Positions 56,545 through 64,000 of a DNA stretch of 64,000 bases are shown here, piece by piece. The notes beneath the pieces were generated by a model. It had not been told where the DNA came from. It saw only the letters and a list, made by a program, of their open reading frames with translations, and did no database searches. Both the position numbers and the translations under genes were made by a program. This stretch comes from Minisyncoccia bacterium (GTDB taxonomy: Bacteria > Patescibacteriota > Minisyncoccia > Phycocordibacterales > Phycocordibacteraceae): positions 129,316 to 193,315 of the forward strand of contig JBGPJZ010000001.1 of the NCBI GenBank assembly GCA_041485695.1. The letters run 5' to 3'. How positions within the stretch are numbered: the stretch's first letter is position 1; each line of letters starts with the position of its first letter.

Positions 56545-57651
56545 TCAAGCAGGAGAGCTCTTGCGTTGCGATGCGACGTTTAAGATGAGGCCGCACTCCG
56601 CAAGGACAGCGAGGAGCGCCGTGCCCCCGTGCGAAACGAATGGCAAAGGGAGGCCGGTAAGCGGGATGACGCCAAGCATGGCGCCCATGTTTATGAACGC
56701 CTGCAAGACGAGCATGAAAGAGAATCCGAGCGCAACGAGGCCTCCGAACATCTCGCGCGACTCCCCTGCTATCACGATGCCGCGCGCAGCAAGTCCTACA
56801 AAAAGGCCGAGCAAGAGAAGTGAGCCGATAAAGCCAGTTTCCTCGGCAAAGACCGCGAAAACCGAGTCGCCGTCAGGCTCGGGGAGATAGTTGAACTTCT
56901 CGACGCTTTGCCCGAGCCCGCGGCCGAAAAGCCCGCCAGACCCCACTGCGATAAGTGACTGTTGTATTTGATAGCTCGAGTTAAGTGGGTCGGCGGCCGG
57001 GTTGATAAATGTCAGGACGCGTGAGAGCGCATAGGGCCGCACGATGATGACTGCGCCAAGAGCCACAAGGGCGAGCACGCCGACGATGGCGAGGTCGCGC
57101 CAGGGAGCGCCTGCGGCAAAGTACATGATGATCCCCGTGGCGCCGATGAGGAGCGTCGTTGAGGTATTGGGCTGCGCAAGGAGTATCGCCGCAGGCGCCC
57201 CAACAATCGCAAGAAAGGGCCCCAGACCTCGCTTGAAATCCTTCAGCTGGCGCGCTGCTATCGAAAGCCACCACGCGAGCATCAGGACGACGCCGATCTT
57301 GAGGAACTCTGCCGGCTGCACGGTGGTAAAGCCGAGGTCAATCCAGCGCGTTGCGCCATTGGCATGCTGTCCTATTCCGGGGATGAACACGATTGCGGTA
57401 AAAAAGATGGTAGCGCCGTAGATCCAGGGAGCATATTTCTTGATAACCGTGAGCGGGACGCTACGCATGGCAATCAAGGCGATGAATCCGAGGCCTAAGC
57501 CAAGGCCAGCCTGCACCAGGATATCGCGCGAGACAGAGACGTTGTCGCGTGCCAAAAGGCCAAGGGCGGCTGAAGAGAATATCGCAAAACCGCCGAGCGC
57601 AAGCGCAAGCGCTATCGTGAGAAAGAGGCGATCGCCGGAGAATATGCGCAT
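56545..57651 (-). CDS. ftsW: SEDS peptidoglycan polymerase FtsW
   Basis: GATRWI, QPAEF.K, YLPE...D, PLTGLPLPFVS.GG. Confidence 0.92.
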   Translation of the reverse strand: MRIFSGDRLFLTIALALALGGFAIFSSAALGLLARDNVSVSRDILVQAGLGLGLGFIALIAMRSVPLTVIKKYAPWIYGATIFFTAIVFIPGIGQHANGATRWIDLGFTTVQPAEFLKIGVVLMLAWWLSIAARQLKDFKRGLGPFLAIVGAPAAILLAQPNTSTTLLIGATGIIMYFAAGAPWRDLAIVGVLALVALGAVIIVRPYALSRVLTFINPAADPLNSSYQIQQSLIAVGSGGLFGRGLGQSVEKFNYLPEPDGDSVFAVFAEETGFIGSLLLLGLFVGLAARGIVIAGESREMFGGLVALGFSFMLVLQAFINMGAMLGVIPLTGLPLPFVSHGGTALLAVLAECGLILNVASQRKSSPA

Positions 57652-57652
57652 A

Positions 57653-58729
57653 TCATTTCAAGAGAGCGACCGTCATGCCGGCAATCGCACATACTGCGGA
57701 GAGGACCCAGTACCGCATCGTGACCTTGTAGGGCGGCCAACCGAGAGCCTCGAAATGGTGATGCAGGGGAGCGATACGAAAAAGCTTCTTTCCCCAGATC
57801 TTTTTTGACGCGATTTGCAAGATATTCGATGCAACCGTTGCAAAAAGGGGCAGCGCAATGATGGGAAGCGCTACAAGACCGTACCCTTCCCCCAAAGTGT
57901 CGGTCATGAAGGCCACGACAGCGAGGGTAAGCGTCAGCCCCATGGTGCCTGTCTCCGTCATCCAGAACCTGGCGGGCGGGATGTTAAACCAAAGGAAAGC
58001 GAGAATCGCCCCGACAAGCGTCGTGCAAAATGCTGCCAGGTTCAACTGCTGCTGAAAAAAAGCGATGCCCGCATATGACGCAAACATCGAGGCGAAGACG
58101 CCGCCAGCCAAGCCATCAATGCCGTCGATAACGCCGCCTGCATAGAGCCCGAGAGAAACGAGGATGAAGAGCGGAATGACGAACCACCCAAGCGTGAGGA
58201 CACCGTCGAGCGGGATGCCGATACCGGTGACTTCAAGCTTGTCGTAAAACCACCAGCCGATAAAGAGCGATAGTATGAAGATGATAAGGAGTCGCACCGA
58301 AAGCCGGATGCCCCGCTCACCCAAGGGCTGAAGGTCAAGGAGGTCATTAACGAAGCCGACCAGTCCTCCGACGAGCAGGGTCACAAGCGGTATCCAGGTC
58401 TGGCTTCGAGAAAGGAAGTCGAGCCTCTCCGCTCCCGCAAAAAGATTGAAAGAGTGCAGGAGCCAAAGGCTGATGGTGACGATCGTCGTCGTCACCCAGA
58501 TTAAAAGTCCGCCCATGCGCGGCGTTGATGTCTCGGTACCGGCGTGAACGGTCGTACGAAGTTTCTCGAATTCAACCGCAGGAGTGCCATCAAATGCTGT
58601 TTTGCCGGAGCTCTTTTTCCATGCTTTATATGTGTAGAGGTAATGCGTTAATAAGGGCGCGAGGAGTATCCCGACGATAAACGAAAGCGTCGCAGGGATG
58701 AATATCTTGACGATGTCCGCGATGATCAT
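57653..58729 (-). CDS. mraY: Phospho-MurNAc-pentapeptide transferase
   Basis: TPRMGG, DGIDGLA, FN.PPA, APLHHHFE. Confidence 0.93.
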   Translation of the reverse strand: MIIADIVKIFIPATLSFIVGILLAPLLTHYLYTYKAWKKSSGKTAFDGTPAVEFEKLRTTVHAGTETSTPRMGGLLIWVTTTIVTISLWLLHSFNLFAGAERLDFLSRSQTWIPLVTLLVGGLVGFVNDLLDLQPLGERGIRLSVRLLIIFILSLFIGWWFYDKLEVTGIGIPLDGVLTLGWFVIPLFILVSLGLYAGGVIDGIDGLAGGVFASMFASYAGIAFFQQQLNLAAFCTTLVGAILAFLWFNIPPARFWMTETGTMGLTLTLAVVAFMTDTLGEGYGLVALPIIALPLFATVASNILQIASKKIWGKKLFRIAPLHHHFEALGWPPYKVTMRYWVLSAVCAIAGMTVALLK

Positions 58730-59670
58730 AGCGAGGCGATCCCCGCAAAGTGTGCCAGTGTTGCGGCGATGAGCACGGTCGCATCAGTAAAACGCGCCTC
58801 TTCAGTCGAGCCGAGCACGACAACGGCAATGGGGTGGTTGATACTTGCGTCAAATACGAGTGCCAGGTTGCCGCCGGCAAGGTCAGTGAAGCCCGTCTTT
58901 GAGAGGAGGAGTCTCGGGGCGTTTGCTACCGTCGGGTTGGTGTTAAGGATTTCGTAGTGCTTGCCGGCGGCTGTCGTAGCGCTCGCTTTTGGGAGCGTCG
59001 TGGCGAGCGCGATGTCGGGCGCGTCGTGAACGAGGGCTCCGGCCAAAAGCGCCATGTCGCGCGCCGAGCCGTACCCGCCGGAAATAAGGGCGGAGACGTC
59101 AAGACCGTTACCGTTGACCGCGTAGGTAGACGAGAGGCCGAGCTCAGCGGCTACGCCCGCGAGGACTGCGGGCGTCGAGGTCGCTTCCCGCTCCTCAATC
59201 GCCGAAATAATCGCGGAGGCTCCGTCATTAAGAGAGGCAGTGAGGGTGAGTCGCGCAAGATCATTGAATGCAAGCGTATCGCCAGCTTTGAACCGGTGCG
59301 GTGAGTCGACCGTCTCATCGACGGGAGTTATGATAATAGCCATGCCAGGCGCGAGCTCGCGTACGGCAGCCTCGATCGTAAGGAGCTTAGTAAGCGAAGC
59401 TAGAGGCAGTTGCGCGTCAGAGTTTTTTGCGTACAGGGTCTCACCAGTGACGAGGTCATAGACGATTGCCGCCCCAGCCGCGACGCTGACATCATGATAG
59501 GCGTCAGGCGCAGGAACCGCGGTTACGACGGCCGAAGCGCCTCCCGAGGGTGAACGAAGCGGGACAAAGAGAAGAAGCATCAAGACCGCAGAGCCGATGA
59601 GGAGCGCGATGCCCGCCTCGCGCATGAAGCGGGTGCGAGTTGCGAGCTGCCCGAGGTTTTCAGTATCCAT
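58726..59670 (-). CDS. D-alanyl-D-alanine carboxypeptidase (S11)
   Basis: SLTK, SLN and KTG motifs. Start moved to MDTEN. Confidence 0.88.
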   Translation of the reverse strand: MDTENLGQLATRTRFMREAGIALLIGSAVLMLLLFVPLRSPSGGASAVVTAVPAPDAYHDVSVAAGAAIVYDLVTGETLYAKNSDAQLPLASLTKLLTIEAAVRELAPGMAIIITPVDETVDSPHRFKAGDTLAFNDLARLTLTASLNDGASAIISAIEEREATSTPAVLAGVAAELGLSSTYAVNGNGLDVSALISGGYGSARDMALLAGALVHDAPDIALATTLPKASATTAAGKHYEILNTNPTVANAPRLLLSKTGFTDLAGGNLALVFDASINHPIAVVVLGSTEEARFTDATVLIAATLAHFAGIASL

Positions 59671-59672
59671 AA

Positions 59673-60218
59673 CTATGCTTCGGCATCGGTCTCTGACGTA
59701 GCGACAGCATCGGCCTCTCTCGAGAGTTCGGCATAGCGCGGCAGCTCTCTCGCAGCGCTCGCGCCAAGGTGCGCGAGCGCTTTGGTTGTCACGCGGTAGC
59801 GGATCTTGCGCCGGTCGCGTGCATCCTCCTCCCCTTCTATGAGCCCGCGCACGAGGAGCGTGCGCACCGAGGTTGATGAGTTGACGCCGCGTACCCAATC
59901 GATCTCGCTCCGGGTCGAGCCCTCGCGGTACGCAATGACCGCTAGGGCCTCGAGCCCTGCCTTGCCGAGGTCGCGGGAGAGCTCGCTCTCGCGGAGTTTT
60001 GTGACGATGTCTGCCGCCTCGGGTGAGGTCCGGAGTTCTACTTCCTTGCCATCATCGACAAGAGCTGTGCCGCGGCCTTGCAGCGCCTTCTCGAGAGCGG
60101 CAAGAGCAGTTGAAAGGTCCCTTTCGCCGATACCGAGGAGTTTCGCAAGCTCTTTCTTCTCCATTGGTTCTCCAGAGGCGAACAAGAGCGCCTCGAGGGC
60201 GGCGGGTGGGGTGAGCAT
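59673..60218 (-). CDS. scpB: SMC-Scp complex subunit ScpB
   Basis: LEALLF.SGEP, LE.LA.IAY, I..VRGVNS. Confidence 0.92.
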   Translation of the reverse strand: MLTPPAALEALLFASGEPMEKKELAKLLGIGERDLSTALAALEKALQGRGTALVDDGKEVELRTSPEAADIVTKLRESELSRDLGKAGLEALAVIAYREGSTRSEIDWVRGVNSSTSVRTLLVRGLIEGEEDARDRRKIRYRVTTKALAHLGASAARELPRYAELSREADAVATSETDAEA

Positions 60219-60299
60219 TACCTAAGAGTTTAGCTGTCCTTCCCCTCCTCTGCAACGCTCATGGCTGGGGATGCTGGCCGTAGCGCGGTATTTCGCCCG

Positions 60300-60722
60300 T
60301 TAGGAAAGGTGGGGGCGTAACAGGACGCCGCGAACGGTTTTGGTGGTGAAATAGACTGCAATCAGGAAAATAAGCGCGAGCGTTTCAGCATAGAGATAGG
60401 TCGTATCGAACACGTAACGAGTCAGGCGGTATTGCTCAATCGCATAGAGGCCGAAGATAATCGCCCCATAAATCGCTATGCCAGCGTTTACGAAATGTAT
60501 CCACTTTTGCGCTGGGTTCGCGATGCCGGCTGCTACCACCAAGATAACCGCGAATGTCACGATGCCGAGCATTGGGAGCGGGAGCAATGCCCCTGTCGTC
60601 TCGGCGATAAGCATGACGACCGCCGCAACGACAAAAAGGATGCGGACGGTGTCGCCGTGATAGTGCGCGACTTGCCGATGGCGCATCGGCCCGGCGGGGA
60701 GTTCACCGTTTTCGATAGGCAT
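60300..60722 (-). CDS. Hypothetical 4-TM membrane protein
   Basis: HYHGD.VR.LF motif, leaderless start. Confidence 0.7.
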   Translation of the reverse strand: MPIENGELPAGPMRHRQVAHYHGDTVRILFVVAAVVMLIAETTGALLPLPMLGIVTFAVILVVAAGIANPAQKWIHFVNAGIAIYGAIIFGLYAIEQYRLTRYVFDTTYLYAETLALIFLIAVYFTTKTVRGVLLRPHLS

Positions 60723-60739
60723 AGCAAAAGTATATCATC

Positions 60740-63271
<2,532 letters not shown>

Positions 63272-63273
63272 GG

Positions 63274-64000
63274 TTACTTCACGCGTTCGGTGAAGGCGTC
63301 GAGAGCCGCACGGAGCTTCTTTTCTCCTCCCTCCCCTATTTCACGGGTCGTACGAATGGCCTCGAGCGCATCCTTGCCCTCACGTAGCAAGAAGTCCTGC
63401 AATTTCTTTTCAGCGGCACTCGTTTGTTCAGGAGCAAATCGGTCGAAGTAGCCGTTCGTTGCGGCAAAGATGATGGCCGCCTCCATCTCAAACGGCAGCG
63501 GCTCCCCGCGGTTCTGCTTCAAGACCTCGGTCATACGGCGGCCGGCATCGATGCGCTTCTTGGTTTCGGCATCGAGGTCGCTCGAAAATTGCATGAAGGC
63601 CTCGAGCTCGCGAAATTGCGCGAGCTCGAGCTTGATCTTGCCCGAGACTTTTTTCATGGCCTTCGTCTGTGCAGAGGAGCCCACGCGAGAGACCGAGATG
63701 CCGACGTTAATCGCCGGTCGCTGGCCTTTGTTGAAGAGGTCGCTTTCGAGGAATATCTGTCCGTCGGTAATCGAGATGACGTTCGTAGGGATATAGGCGG
63801 AGACGTCGTTCTCTTGCGTCTCGATGATGGGGAGCGCGGTCAGCGAGCCCCCACCTTTCTCTTTAGAGAGCTTCGCTGCCCGCTCGAGGAGGCGTGAATG
63901 GAGATAAAAGATGTCGCCCGGGTATGCCTCGCGACCCGGCGGGCGGCGGAGCAAGAGGGACATCTGCCGATACGCGACAGCTTGTTTTGAAAGGTCATCG
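63274..64000 (-). CDS. atpA: ATP synthase alpha (5' part outside the window)
   Basis: [23 protein letters not shown]. Frame stays open to the window edge. Confidence 0.96.
   Translation of the reverse strand, partial: DDLSKQAVAYRQMSLLLRRPPGREAYPGDIFYLHSRLLERAAKLSKEKGGGSLTALPIIETQENDVSAYIPTNVISITDGQIFLESDLFNKGQRPAINVGISVSRVGSSAQTKAMKKVSGKIKLELAQFRELEAFMQFSSDLDAETKKRIDAGRRMTEVLKQNRGEPLPFEMEAAIIFAATNGYFDRFAPEQTSAAEKKLQDFLLREGKDALEAIRTTREIGEGGEKKLRAALDAFTERVK

Noticed and set aside
59671-59898. Long N-terminal extension of the D,D-carboxypeptidase ORF
   Set aside because: Overlaps scpB out of frame. ATG at 59670 gives a normal TM-anchored protein.

Overview
A roughly 57% GC bacterial chromosome segment. 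Gene content and style point to Patescibacteria/CPR (Parcubacteria-like; inference): compact operons, mostly leaderless genes, class I LysRS, a short ATP synthase epsilon, two mreB copies and tRNAs without encoded CCA. Most of the window is housekeeping: cell wall and division (uppP, murA, mreB x2, mreC, mrdA, mraZ-rsmH-ftsL-ftsI-murF, dac-mraY-ftsW-murG), translation (def-fmt, frr, proS, lysS, cysS, gltX, rplU, rplI, rpmA), replication and repair (holB, dnaB, recR, rmuC, scpB) and F1-ATPase (atpA partial, atpG, atpD, atpC). It also carries a complete cyoABCDE quinol oxidase operon next to a CPH-type Cu-ATPase. Signals not captured by the ORF track are: (1) a tRNA-Asn(GUU) split by a 221-nt group I intron, with a divergent, frameshifted HNH endonuclease gene beside it; (2) a tandem array of about 0.5-kb self-contained gene cassettes downstream of that tRNA, bounded by degenerate tRNA 3' fragments and with no integrase in the window; (3) a family of short palindromic elements inserted in-frame in several genes, one of them nested; (4) two promoter-driven structured ncRNA candidates (19.7-19.85 kb and 40.39-40.56 kb); (5) a split between leaderless core genes and accessory genes carrying a -35 box and Shine-Dalgarno site, some of them frameshifted. 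All structures were read by eye and no databases were searched.
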